The position numbers and the translations under genes are program-made. A stretch of DNA of 64,000 nucleotides from Escherichia phage A4, in sequence record ON286972; one strand, written 5' to 3'. This document shows, piece by piece, positions 29,714-38,662 of this stretch. Below the pieces are notes generated by a model. That model saw only the letters and a program-made list of their open reading frames with translations. It made no database searches and was not told where the DNA came from. Within the stretch, counting starts at the first letter, position 1. Every line of letters starts with the position of its first letter.

Positions 29714-30253
29714 GTAATGGAAAATGTCAGTGGACGTTTTAACAACGGACAAGAAGAACCTACTTCTCTTGAAAATGTAAAGGATAGATGAGCCTTCCCA
29801 CTGAGGCGATGAGCAAAAGAAACCCGTTAGTACCATCCAAGTGCATTCATACAAACGCGAAATAAGACACGGATCACACGGCGACACGGCTCAATAAAGA
29901 ACTCCGATAAGCATACAGAGAGTTCCTCGATAGATGTATAAGGATCGCACCTTACCAGATTTGCTAAGGGAGTTTTACTTAAAACAAGCGGTCAATTTTT
30001 CTACGGGAAAGTTGCACCCAAAATTTGAGTAAAACGAGTACTGAATTGATCGAATAGTTCCAGTACTTTAGTGCAGGGGATGAAAATACCTGCGACCGTT
30101 GCATATGACTGCGATAGAGAGAAACAGAGCAACCCGCTTTCGTTCTCCAAAAATTGGACACCCTTGATCCGTCCAAAATATGGAGAAATTCGCAATTCGA
30201 TAAATTCCGATGCCATCAGCGTCAAAATCAAGAACCTTAATTGGTTCTTTTTT
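29714..30253 (+). ncRNA. candidate ~540-nt non-coding transcript (unclassified)
   Basis: no ORF >60 aa with a ribosome-binding site; only short overlapping ORFs in several frames; bounded by promoter 29680-29707 and terminator 30230-30253; locally GC-richer. Confidence 0.3.
30230..30253 (+). terminator. rho-independent terminator
   Basis: AAGAACC-TTAATT-GGTTCTT then TTTTTT. Confidence 0.55.
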
Positions 30254-30397
30254 AATATCATTCCCCTGCGGGGGGATGAAAATGTCCTCAACAAATCCCG
30301 TCAATCTTTAAAAGTACAATACAATATTAATTAATATGAATGAGTGAGTTATCGTAGATAACGAAACGAATTCTTGAGTTACGAGAGAACGAAGTGA

Positions 30398-30814
30398 ATG
30401 AGTAACGCAACGAATATTAAAAATTCATCTGATTTAACCAAAGAATTGTTTAAAAAGTTTTTTGAGTATCAAATCAATGAAGAGCATGGAATTAAACAGA
30501 ATTACATAAGTACAATAAAAACCAATAATATCCGAACTGAAATCTATGATAGTGTAATCGAATTTATTAATGCATTGAGTACTGAAAGACCTATAGTAGT
30601 TTTGTTTTTTAAACGAGATTATCCAGTACAAGTCAACAGGAATGTTCATTTCATTACAGAAAATGATTTAAGTACTTACACAACGAGTTCTCTTAGGAAT
30701 TGTATACTGATAGTATGTGATGACTCCGAGTATTATAGTAAAGTTGTATGGGATAGAAGACGTAATTCAGTAATAAGAGATATGAATCCCGAATTTACAT
30801 TTCTGATCAAATAA
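30398..30814 (+). CDS. hypothetical protein
   Basis: 138-aa ORF. Confidence 0.4.
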   Translation: MSNATNIKNSSDLTKELFKKFFEYQINEEHGIKQNYISTIKTNNIRTEIYDSVIEFINALSTERPIVVLFFKRDYPVQVNRNVHFITENDLSTYTTSSLRNCILIVCDDSEYYSKVVWDRRRNSVIRDMNPEFTFLIK

Positions 30815-30825
30815 ATAGACATAGA

Positions 30826-31287
30826 ATGACTCCCTGGAGAGATTTTATGGAAAATATTAACGACTTGCGACATGTTATGGACTTCATTGGCTGTACTGAA
30901 GAAGACAGTGCTTATGATGAAGTACTATTGACATTTATTGAAAACAGCATTATACTACCAGCAATTGCACATAGCTGGCATTTACAAAGTAAACACTACA
31001 CAAAACATCTACAATTAGATGAGTTGTATAAAGAGTTACCAGAATATGTCGATGCGTTCATTGAAGGCATTATGAACACTCGTGGTGCTTTACAAATTGG
31101 TACTGGACACAGTTATAAGTTCACACCAATTGAACAGTGTATTCCGATTCTTGAAGAATACTGTGAACAATGTAAGTACGTTCATGCTATGCTTGAAGAA
31201 GCTGAAGACTATGGCAGTACTAATACCCTTGAAGATATAATGAGTTTCATTGAGGGTACTTTATATAAACTTAAGTATCTTGAATAA
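30826..31287 (+). CDS. hypothetical protein
   Basis: 153-aa ORF. Confidence 0.45.
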   Translation: MTPWRDFMENINDLRHVMDFIGCTEEDSAYDEVLLTFIENSIILPAIAHSWHLQSKHYTKHLQLDELYKELPEYVDAFIEGIMNTRGALQIGTGHSYKFTPIEQCIPILEEYCEQCKYVHAMLEEAEDYGSTNTLEDIMSFIEGTLYKLKYLE

Positions 31288-31296
31288 TATAAACAT

Positions 31297-31326
31297 GGAG
31301 AGTCATTTTGACTCTCCTTTTCTTTT
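31297..31326 (+). terminator. rho-independent terminator
   Basis: GGAGAGTC-loop-GACTCTCC then T-rich run. Confidence 0.55.
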
Positions 31327-31347
31327 ACTATAAAAAAGAGGTTGACT

Positions 31348-31701
31348 ATGAGTGATTATCGCATAACAGCAGGTCTTATTGCACGTTTAGTAGATCCAGT
31401 ACCACGAGAAGATTGGGAATCTATCACTGACCGTCTGTTTCAAGCAGATGTAAACCTTCATATTTCTTATGATGGTATGCTAGTATATAGTACTGATAAA
31501 GATGTTACAATGTACGAGTTTGATATTCTCATTGGAGAACCAAGTGACAGTACAGAATTCAGTACTAAATGTGAACGAGAAGGTCTTTGCATTGATACTT
31601 CTTCTATTAAGCCTTATGTATCTTTATGGTATGATGGTGCTGATAGTCCAATGTCAACTACTGAAATCGGTGATTTCCTGAATGCAAATCAAAAAAATTA
31701 A
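31348..31701 (+). CDS. hypothetical protein
   Basis: start set at ATG 31348 with AAGAGG 7 nt upstream (track uses TTG 31342). Confidence 0.45.
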   Translation: MSDYRITAGLIARLVDPVPREDWESITDRLFQADVNLHISYDGMLVYSTDKDVTMYEFDILIGEPSDSTEFSTKCEREGLCIDTSSIKPYVSLWYDGADSPMSTTEIGDFLNANQKN

Positions 31702-32074
31702 ATTCCATCAGCATTGCTCAATTCATGAATGTGATGACTGTGGTATGTGTATGAGTGATATTTTTACAGTTTCCTGTAAAGGATTCAAATTCACACATGG
31801 TGAACCTGCGTATTGTTATGGTACAGAAGAAGGTGATATTGAAGTAGTACTGAAAGAGTTGTTCCAGTACTTGCAAAGTGCAGGGCATGATGTTACAATG
31901 CCCACATATTATGAAGATGAATATGACACTCATGTGGAAGAAAACATTTACTATAATCAATTCGTTTATGGTAATGGTTTTATCACATACCTTCACGAGA
32001 ATGGTATTGAGGTAAAAACTAAGTACACAAGTGACGATTATGATGATGATAATTCTATGGAGATTGAAGATTGA
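31682..32074 (+). CDS. hypothetical Cys/His-rich acidic protein
   Basis: HQHCSIHECDDCGMCMSD cluster. Confidence 0.4.
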   Translation: MQIKKIKFHQHCSIHECDDCGMCMSDIFTVSCKGFKFTHGEPAYCYGTEEGDIEVVLKELFQYLQSAGHDVTMPTYYEDEYDTHVEENIYYNQFVYGNGFITYLHENGIEVKTKYTSDDYDDDNSMEIED

Positions 32075-32640
32075 AAGCAAAAGACTTAGCAGCACTGTTG
32101 ATGCAGAATCCTGAAATGGAAGTGTATCATGAGCACATGCACATTGATGATATGTGTGAGGTTTACTATTCTGCTGAAAATGTCACTGGTATTGAAATTA
32201 CTCCAAGTGGTGTATTCATCAGTACTGAACGTGTTGATTTCAATTCCCAGCAAGAAATCAAAACTCCACATAATAAACCTCGCATTGGTGCTATTGACCT
32301 AGTATTTCATCAGGACCGTTTGGTAGAATATGATGAAGACGATGGTACTACCAGAACTGATGTTGAGAATGTTGTTTTTCGTTTTTATAATGCATACGAA
32401 GACCCAACTACTGGGGAAGACTTCTTCCGTGAGCTATTCGAGGATGGTCAAGTTTATGGTCAGGATGGAACAGTTTTTGTTCTGGACCCTAACTATGAGC
32501 CAGATCACAATACATGGCAATTCTATACACCACAAGATGTAATGGAAGTTAAAGTACTGACTTCTGTTGACGATGCGTGGAATCCAGTATATACTTCAAT
32601 GACCTTTGAAGAAGCACGTAATTTCTTTGTAAACAAATAA
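32071..32640 (+). CDS. hypothetical protein
   Basis: 189-aa ORF. Confidence 0.45.
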   Translation: MKAKDLAALLMQNPEMEVYHEHMHIDDMCEVYYSAENVTGIEITPSGVFISTERVDFNSQQEIKTPHNKPRIGAIDLVFHQDRLVEYDEDDGTTRTDVENVVFRFYNAYEDPTTGEDFFRELFEDGQVYGQDGTVFVLDPNYEPDHNTWQFYTPQDVMEVKVLTSVDDAWNPVYTSMTFEEARNFFVNK

Positions 32641-32655
32641 TAAGGATTCAAATAT

Positions 32656-32937
32656 ATGAAAATTGTTGGCGTAGCATGGATGTTGATGAATGATGGTACT
32701 AAAGGCTTTGAAGAATATGCAATCCTTGAAAATGTAAATGATTTAAAGCATTTCAAGAAAACCACTGACGATGATACATTCGATATCGTCTATACGTACC
32801 AGCTTATCCCTAATGACACAGACTACGAAGCATTTGAGTATGATTCTGATTTGTTTAACTCTGTAATTATGGATTCAGCAGAGTCCCTTGATGAAAATGC
32901 AGTACTTCTAATGTTGAGTACAGTACCAGCAATGTAG
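32656..32937 (+). CDS. hypothetical protein
   Basis: 93-aa ORF. Confidence 0.4.
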   Translation: MKIVGVAWMLMNDGTKGFEEYAILENVNDLKHFKKTTDDDTFDIVYTYQLIPNDTDYEAFEYDSDLFNSVIMDSAESLDENAVLLMLSTVPAM

Positions 32938-32944
32938 AGGTTTT

Positions 32945-33442
32945 ATGTATACAATTATATTATTGCGTAGTTCATATGGTGAATCTGATGGTGCAACTGA
33001 TGGTATAATGAGTTTTGATTACGCACATAGTACATCAGATGCGATTGATACCATTAAAGAGATTGTACGAACTGAACATTACCGTGTACGTTCTGAACCA
33101 TCGAATGCATTTGCCGATATTGCAATCACTGCATTGTATAATGGTAAAGTTTTTAGTACGTACCCACAATATTCTGAAGATATCTATATAGTTGCTGAAG
33201 CACCAGAATTCAGTACTGAAGAAGAAAAGTACATTTTCAATGTTGGTGATATAATGTTTTCAGAAAGTAAGAAAATCACAAAAAATCATGCTTTCTGTGA
33301 ACGAATTAAAAACGAAGAAAATGCATTAGGTAAAAAGTTAAAACCACTATACGCTAGTATGTTACGTGAAGAACAAGAACGCAAACATCTGGAGGAACTA
33401 ATGAAAAAGTATCCTGATATGGTGAAAAATTATGGCACTTAG
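32945..33442 (+). CDS. hypothetical protein
   Basis: 165-aa ORF. Confidence 0.45.
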   Translation: MYTIILLRSSYGESDGATDGIMSFDYAHSTSDAIDTIKEIVRTEHYRVRSEPSNAFADIAITALYNGKVFSTYPQYSEDIYIVAEAPEFSTEEEKYIFNVGDIMFSESKKITKNHAFCERIKNEENALGKKLKPLYASMLREEQERKHLEELMKKYPDMVKNYGT

Positions 33443-33767
33443 AGGTAGTAAGAAATATAATGCTTTTGAAACATACGTTTCGAAAGATGGAAAACTACAC
33501 CGAGATTTAAAGCCTGAGTGTAAGGTATTACTTGATACAGTGCGTGATGCACCTTATGGTGGTAAACGCCGCAAATTGATTTATGAAATTCTGAAAAGCG
33601 GTGCAGAATTACAGGTTAATGGAAAACATTGTGTCCAAACGAAGAATGATCCTGATATCTTACGTCTTCTTAAAGAAGGTAAGATTGAAATGTTCAATGA
33701 AGGTGTTTCTTATTACGGACAAAGAGTAAAATGTAAACATACTTTTTTGAGAATTAAAAATGGATGA
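33432..33767 (+). CDS. hypothetical protein
   Basis: 111-aa ORF. Confidence 0.45.
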   Translation: MALRGSKKYNAFETYVSKDGKLHRDLKPECKVLLDTVRDAPYGGKRRKLIYEILKSGAELQVNGKHCVQTKNDPDILRLLKEGKIEMFNEGVSYYGQRVKCKHTFLRIKNG

Positions 33768-33930
33768 AACAGATATAGAATTACTAATTCAAAATAATCT
33801 TAGTGTAGAAATAGAATCAGAAGATGTAGAACTGTGGAATAGTGATGGTAGTACTTCACCACATAAACGCATTACTGTAAAATTACTATACGGAGGTAGT
33901 GTAATTAGTACAACAGAAACAAGTTTATAA
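33760..33930 (+). CDS. small hypothetical acidic protein (56 aa)
   Basis: below track cutoff; ATG overlaps previous stop. Confidence 0.25.
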   Translation: MDETDIELLIQNNLSVEIESEDVELWNSDGSTSPHKRITVKLLYGGSVISTTETSL

Positions 33931-33938
33931 ACTAAGGA

Positions 33939-34529
33939 TTGGTTATGGGTAAACTTATTTTCTTTAGTGGGAGTATGTCATCAGGAAAGAGTACACATCT
34001 TTTACAGAACGCATATAACCACAAGAAGAACGGGATGAAAGTCATCTACTTAACGAGTGCATTAGATGATCGTTATGGTACTGGTAAAATAACATCGAGA
34101 ATCGGTATAGAATCTGAAGCTCAAGTTATTCCAAAAGATGACCTAAGCGTTATTCATGACGTAATAAAACTATTACAGGTTGACAATGATTATAATAGTA
34201 TCTACGTTGATGAATGTCAGTTTTTAAATCGAAAACAAATTGATTTATTAGCCGATATTGCTGATGAGCATATGGTTGATGTATATTGTTATGGTATTAA
34301 AACCGATTTTGAATCAAATACATTTGAAGGTTCTCAAAGGTTATTTGAAATAGCAGATGAGATCCATGAATTAAAGAACGTATGTGAAAATCAAAAGTGC
34401 GGAAGAAATGCCATAATGAATGCTCGCATCGTAGATAGTACTGATAAAGTGTTTATTGGTGGTGATGAATCATATAAGAGCCTGTGTAGAAAATGTTATA
34501 AAAACTATATGAGGAATAAAAATGGTTGA
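33939..34529 (+). CDS. tdk: thymidine kinase
   Basis: P-loop FFSGSMSSGKST, ~195 aa, C-terminal CRKC pair typical of type II TK. Confidence 0.75.
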   Translation: MVMGKLIFFSGSMSSGKSTHLLQNAYNHKKNGMKVIYLTSALDDRYGTGKITSRIGIESEAQVIPKDDLSVIHDVIKLLQVDNDYNSIYVDECQFLNRKQIDLLADIADEHMVDVYCYGIKTDFESNTFEGSQRLFEIADEIHELKNVCENQKCGRNAIMNARIVDSTDKVFIGGDESYKSLCRKCYKNYMRNKNG

Positions 34530-34755
34530 TAAACTACTTAAAAATATTGCAGTACGCTTGTTGGATGGTTTTGTTGATACAGTGAAACTACTATTCAGTA
34601 CTGCAATGAGCATTTTAGTAATATTGATGTTCGCATTAGTATTACATTTTGTACCAGTATGGATTGTAATTACTGCAATTGTCGTTCTACTTATCATCAT
34701 CTCGTACTTCACATATCGTGAAGATTTGCAAGAGTTGCTTGATAAAGATGACTAA
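34522..34755 (+). CDS. small membrane protein
   Basis: two hydrophobic helices. Confidence 0.4.
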   Translation: MVDKLLKNIAVRLLDGFVDTVKLLFSTAMSILVILMFALVLHFVPVWIVITAIVVLLIIISYFTYREDLQELLDKDD

Positions 34756-34801
34756 AACTTTATATTCCTCACTATGTGGGGAATATTTTTAAGGTAATAT
34801 T

Positions 34802-35263
34802 ATGATTAATCGTGAAATATTGCAATGCTTGTATCGTTTGGTTGATGTTTGTAAAGATACTAATCTATTGAAAATGGATTTTTATGAACACAAAGCTAAT
34901 ATATTAGCTGAAATTCTTGGATATACAAATCCTCAATTCCGATACTATGACGGTGCGATGTTTAGTGCATTTGATGGTAATTATTCAGTCCAATGCGTAG
35001 CACAAGAGTTATTTTATGTGTGGGATGACACAACGAATTGTCAGGTTATGATCGAAGTTAGATATCCAGATGGGAGTAATACACCAATGGGTGAATATAA
35101 TAGATTAGATACATTTTATGCATTACAACCATCCACACCTACACCTGTTCCATATCCTAATATTGAATCTGAAATTATCCATTATGAGATGATTCAGAAA
35201 TGTAAATCACTCTCAACTTATGATGAGATATATTTTCCATTAGTTTTTATAGGATCTAAATGA
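34802..35263 (+). CDS. hypothetical protein
   Basis: 153-aa ORF. Confidence 0.45.
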   Translation: MINREILQCLYRLVDVCKDTNLLKMDFYEHKANILAEILGYTNPQFRYYDGAMFSAFDGNYSVQCVAQELFYVWDDTTNCQVMIEVRYPDGSNTPMGEYNRLDTFYALQPSTPTPVPYPNIESEIIHYEMIQKCKSLSTYDEIYFPLVFIGSK

Positions 35264-35646
35264 TGAGATGGAAAAAGAGACATACTAAACGATTTACTGA
35301 GATCGTCAAAAAGTATTATAATTCTAAAGATAGTTTTGCATCTATGTTGTATGAAAGTATTACACCTAGACGTTATCCACAATGCTATGTTAATGTAAGA
35401 AACAAAAGTAAGAACCGATATACAGTAGAGTTATATGGGGAAGGTACTACATTTCTTGGGACTCGTATTTCAGTACCTTCTTACCTGTACTCACGAGTTA
35501 AACGCAGTCGTGTTCAGGGTGTACTAGTCGGATATCAAATGTTGTCCATTGATGAAGTTAATGATAAGCTCACACGAAACTTTTCTTACACAGATTTCGA
35601 AATTCATGATATAATCTTAGATATCTTATCAGATTTGGGGAATTGA
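35260..35646 (+). CDS. hypothetical protein
   Basis: 128-aa ORF, ATGA overlap. Confidence 0.45.
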   Translation: MMRWKKRHTKRFTEIVKKYYNSKDSFASMLYESITPRRYPQCYVNVRNKSKNRYTVELYGEGTTFLGTRISVPSYLYSRVKRSRVQGVLVGYQMLSIDEVNDKLTRNFSYTDFEIHDIILDILSDLGN

Positions 35647-35695
35647 CCGTGGTATACGTAGAAGTCTTTATGTTTGATGTTAAAAAAGGAAAAAA

Positions 35696-35830
35696 ATGAT
35701 GAAAGGATTAAAGAAATTTGGATCGGATTTTGTTAAGTGTATTCGCTACACTTATGATGCAAATCCAGAAATGACCGCCATTGTCGGTGTGTTTATTACA
35801 TTAGTTGTGTTAAGCTTTGTAGTGGTGTAA
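35696..35830 (+). CDS. small membrane protein (44 aa)
   Basis: below track cutoff; C-terminal hydrophobic helix; AAAGGAAAAAAATG. Confidence 0.25.
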   Translation: MMKGLKKFGSDFVKCIRYTYDANPEMTAIVGVFITLVVLSFVVV

Positions 35831-35833
35831 AAT

Positions 35834-36037
35834 ATGATTGAAATTAATGCTGATATATATTGTAGTGCATCACCCAATTACTTCATTTATGCACTAAGTA
35901 CATTTGGTGAAACTGAAGGTGAAACTTTTGTTTTAGTAGATAATACTACATGGTACAAAACAAGTAATAAAATTCCAAAAGATGTTTTGGAAACATATGT
36001 TCGTATTGAAAATAAAAACATATATGTACATTTATAG
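35834..36037 (+). CDS. hypothetical protein
   Basis: 67-aa ORF. Confidence 0.35.
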   Translation: MIEINADIYCSASPNYFIYALSTFGETEGETFVLVDNTTWYKTSNKIPKDVLETYVRIENKNIYVHL

Positions 36038-36044
36038 GTAAAAT

Positions 36045-36455
36045 ATGATTGAAATGGAAGGAACTCTGGTGTATGATCCAGACCGTGGCACTATGAAAAA
36101 GAAGAAGGACTTCTGGTTAGTACTGCAACTTCCATTACAGTTGGTTAGATACTACCAGTACTTCATCAGAACTGATCTACACATTGATGTTAAAGACCCA
36201 CAATGGGGAGCACACGTCAGTATTGTTCGTGGTGAAGTGCCACCAAATCCAGAGTACTGGAAAAAGTACGATGGTCAAAAAATTAAAATAAAATTCAATC
36301 CTGATATTGTTCAAGTGAAAGATAAAAAGAAACCAGGCTCGTTCTTTATCATAGAGTTCGATGATGAATTCATTGGACACATTCGCAATGAACTAGGATT
36401 ACAATCAAAGTACTTACGTTATCACCTCACAGTAGGGAGAACGTACTACGACTAA
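36045..36455 (+). CDS. 2H-phosphoesterase-fold protein (LigT/cyclic phosphodiesterase-like)
   Basis: two H-x-[ST]-x motifs: AHVSIV and YHLTVG, spaced as in 2H phosphoesterases; 136 aa. Confidence 0.45.
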   Translation: MIEMEGTLVYDPDRGTMKKKKDFWLVLQLPLQLVRYYQYFIRTDLHIDVKDPQWGAHVSIVRGEVPPNPEYWKKYDGQKIKIKFNPDIVQVKDKKKPGSFFIIEFDDEFIGHIRNELGLQSKYLRYHLTVGRTYYD

Positions 36456-36540
36456 CCTATAGGTTTGTCATACAATTGGCTAAATAAAATGGGTATTAAT
36501 ATACCCATAATTATAACCAAAAGAAATATCAAGATTTTAC

Positions 36541-36568
36541 TTGATATGAAATTGAAAGATGCTATACT
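36541..36568 (+). promoter_or_regulatory. putative sigma70-like promoter (TTGATA-16-TATACT)
   Basis: upstream of endolysin; followed by 14-bp perfect palindrome TTTCAGTACTGAAA at 36597-36610. Confidence 0.3.
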
Positions 36569-36702
36569 ACTTACATGTACAGAATGAAAGTTACCTTTTC
36601 AGTACTGAAAGTATTGTAGAAAGTCCGATGAGGCTTTTGCAAATGGCCTCATAAGCCCTCTTTGTAATTGCTCATCATAACACGCAAACAAAGGAGGCGT
36701 TT

Positions 36703-37629
36703 TTGACAATAGCGATACAAACACCTAAAACTAAGACAGCTATAGGCTTATTAGTTTCACTTGTTATCATCGCTGCGTTTGGATTTTATGGTTTTTCTCA
36801 ACATGATCGTGCATCATCATCGGGCGAAAGTCAGGTGCACAATTTAAAACCGCAAGTTACACAAATTCAAAAGCAGGAATTACCTAAAGGGTATACACCT
36901 AAAGTAGTTCCAGGCAGCGAGAAACATTATACTGTTGAATACGGTGATAGTTATCATTCGATAGCTAAGAAGTTTAAACCGCATAATGTGTTGTTTGAAG
37001 ATTACGTTACAGTATTGAAGAATATCAATCTTAATGCTAAACTTCATACATCGCAGGGTATCTTTATCCCAACAAAAGAGGATTTGAAAGACGTACTGTT
37101 ACCTGATGTGGTAGTACTTTTCGATTATAATGATCCTGAAATAGTTGCACACATCAAAGAAGCTGAAGGTTCAATTGAATTTCAGTCCAAGAACAAAAGA
37201 CGTTTACTTGGGGGAAAAGTTGGAGTTCCTTTCTACAATTCAAAATTTCATCCTTATAAGGATATGAAAGGTAATTATACAATAGGTTATGGACATTACT
37301 TAGGTAAGAACGAATCTGATGCAATTAAGTACAGAAACGGTATTACCAAAGCACAAGCACATAAACTATTACTTCAAGATTTGAAAAGGACATATAATGA
37401 CTTTACAACTCTAATGAAGAAAAAAAATGCAGTAAATCTTACAAAAGACCAACAACGTATTCTCTTTGACATGGCTTACACGATGGGTGTTGATAAGTTG
37501 GCCTCATTTAATAAACTATGGAGAAGTGCTGAAGCTGAAAATCATAAGAAGTTTAAAAGAGAAATCAAAAATTCCTTATGGTATAGGCAAGTAACAAACA
37601 GAGCGGATACTTTGTTAAGCTCAATCTAA
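36703..37629 (+). CDS. endolysin: signal-anchor + LysM-like + lysozyme domain
   Basis: TTG start after AAAGGAGG; N-terminal TM; YTVEYGDSYHSIAKKF LysM-like; NYTIGYGHYLG resembles T4-lysozyme TIGIGH core. Confidence 0.65.
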   Translation: MTIAIQTPKTKTAIGLLVSLVIIAAFGFYGFSQHDRASSSGESQVHNLKPQVTQIQKQELPKGYTPKVVPGSEKHYTVEYGDSYHSIAKKFKPHNVLFEDYVTVLKNINLNAKLHTSQGIFIPTKEDLKDVLLPDVVVLFDYNDPEIVAHIKEAEGSIEFQSKNKRRLLGGKVGVPFYNSKFHPYKDMKGNYTIGYGHYLGKNESDAIKYRNGITKAQAHKLLLQDLKRTYNDFTTLMKKKNAVNLTKDQQRILFDMAYTMGVDKLASFNKLWRSAEAENHKKFKREIKNSLWYRQVTNRADTLLSSI

Positions 37630-37643
37630 AAGGAAGGTGAAGT

Positions 37644-37976
37644 ATGCTAAATCTAGTTATTCAAGGTAATGTTGATATTACTCCAGCAATCCATGACGCA
37701 ATTCATCAAGAAGCAAACACTCTAAATAAATTTAGTGATTCTTCAGTACTGAATATTGGTGTTCATGTGAAAAAAGAGCATAAGACACAGTACGCAGTAA
37801 CTTTAACATCAGGTGGTAAGTCTGTTACTGCCGATGATGCAGATTTATACAAGGCGATTGTCGATTCATTCGAAAAAATGGAAACTGTATTCAGTAAAGA
37901 CAAAAGCATTAAATTGCACCGCCGAAACCATCCAGACCGTCCAGTTGTAGTTGATGTAACTGACGAAGAAGAGTAA
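37644..37976 (+). CDS. hypothetical protein
   Basis: 110-aa ORF, AAGGAAGGTGA ribosome-binding site. Confidence 0.45.
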   Translation: MLNLVIQGNVDITPAIHDAIHQEANTLNKFSDSSVLNIGVHVKKEHKTQYAVTLTSGGKSVTADDADLYKAIVDSFEKMETVFSKDKSIKLHRRNHPDRPVVVDVTDEEE

Positions 37977-37982
37977 TATAAT

Positions 37983-38012
37983 AAAGGGACAGATTAATTC
38001 TGTCCCTTTTCT
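37983..38012 (+). terminator. rho-independent terminator
   Basis: GGGACAG-loop-CTGTCCC then TTTT. Confidence 0.55.
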
Positions 38013-38027
38013 TATGGAGTTTTAATT

Positions 38028-38441
38028 ATGAATTATGCTTGGATGGAAATTGTAAAATCTCTCGTATCAACACATGATGTTGATTTACCAGATAGTCTAG
38101 TGTTTAATAGATGGTACTATCCAAATCCAGAGGACTGTAGGGTTGGAATTGGATTTTTTATTAATGATAAATCTAATTTGATTGGATTAATTGAAGATAT
38201 GAAATCCAACGCAGTATCAATCTCTATTGAGTTTAATGAAGACCACATAAAATACTACGACAATAAAATGGCAGAAGATGATGATGTTATAATCCCTGTA
38301 GATATAGACGAAGCTTCATTTTTTCAGTTATCATTGATTTATGATCTATCTAACATTACTTATGATAATGTGAAAGACCTTTTTATATTGTACAATAAAA
38401 TGTATAATTACTTTTTAAGACCTTTTTATATTGTACAATAA
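38028..38441 (+). CDS. hypothetical protein (C-terminus encoded by tandem repeat)
   Basis: 137-aa ORF; last ~20 codons lie inside the 43-bp tandem duplication. Confidence 0.4.
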   Translation: MNYAWMEIVKSLVSTHDVDLPDSLVFNRWYYPNPEDCRVGIGFFINDKSNLIGLIEDMKSNAVSISIEFNEDHIKYYDNKMAEDDDVIIPVDIDEASFFQLSLIYDLSNITYDNVKDLFILYNKMYNYFLRPFYIVQ

Positions 38442-38460
38442 AATGTATAATTACTTTTTA
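38375..38460 (+). repeat. perfect 43-bp tandem direct repeat (2 copies)
   Basis: AGACCTTTTTATATTGTACAATAAAATGTATAATTACTTTTTA at 38375-38417 and again at 38418-38460. Confidence 0.85.
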
Positions 38461-38476
38461 TAATGGAGGTATTGTA

Positions 38477-38662
38477 ATGGAATATACAATAGGTGCAATA
38501 GTATGTATCGCAGCATTATTAGGTGGCATTGGTGTGATGATTTACTTTGATGCAGAACCCAGTACTGAAATGGGTACAACCCTGGAACTCAAACCTGGCA
38601 TTAAGGTGAACGACTCTTACTGTTACGATCCACATAGTAATAAGTATGTGATTTGTTTATGA
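38477..38662 (+). CDS. small membrane protein
   Basis: N-terminal hydrophobic helix. Confidence 0.35.
   Translation: MEYTIGAIVCIAALLGGIGVMIYFDAEPSTEMGTTLELKPGIKVNDSYCYDPHSNKYVICL

Noticed and set aside
29780-29830. Hammerhead-ribozyme-like CTGAGG..GATGAG..GAAAC string
   Set aside because: No stem II can form between the GATGAG and GAAAC elements, so the catalytic core is incomplete.
30070-30280. Possible mini CRISPR array from the two GGGGATGAAAAT copies
   Set aside because: Only two short copies about 190 bp apart with no regular spacing and no cas genes; more likely local hairpin elements within the candidate ncRNA.
30071-30334. 87-aa + strand ORF and short peptides inside the non-coding island
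   Set aside because: No ribosome-binding site at suitable spacing; the ORF reads through the terminator hairpin; the candidates overlap one another in different frames.
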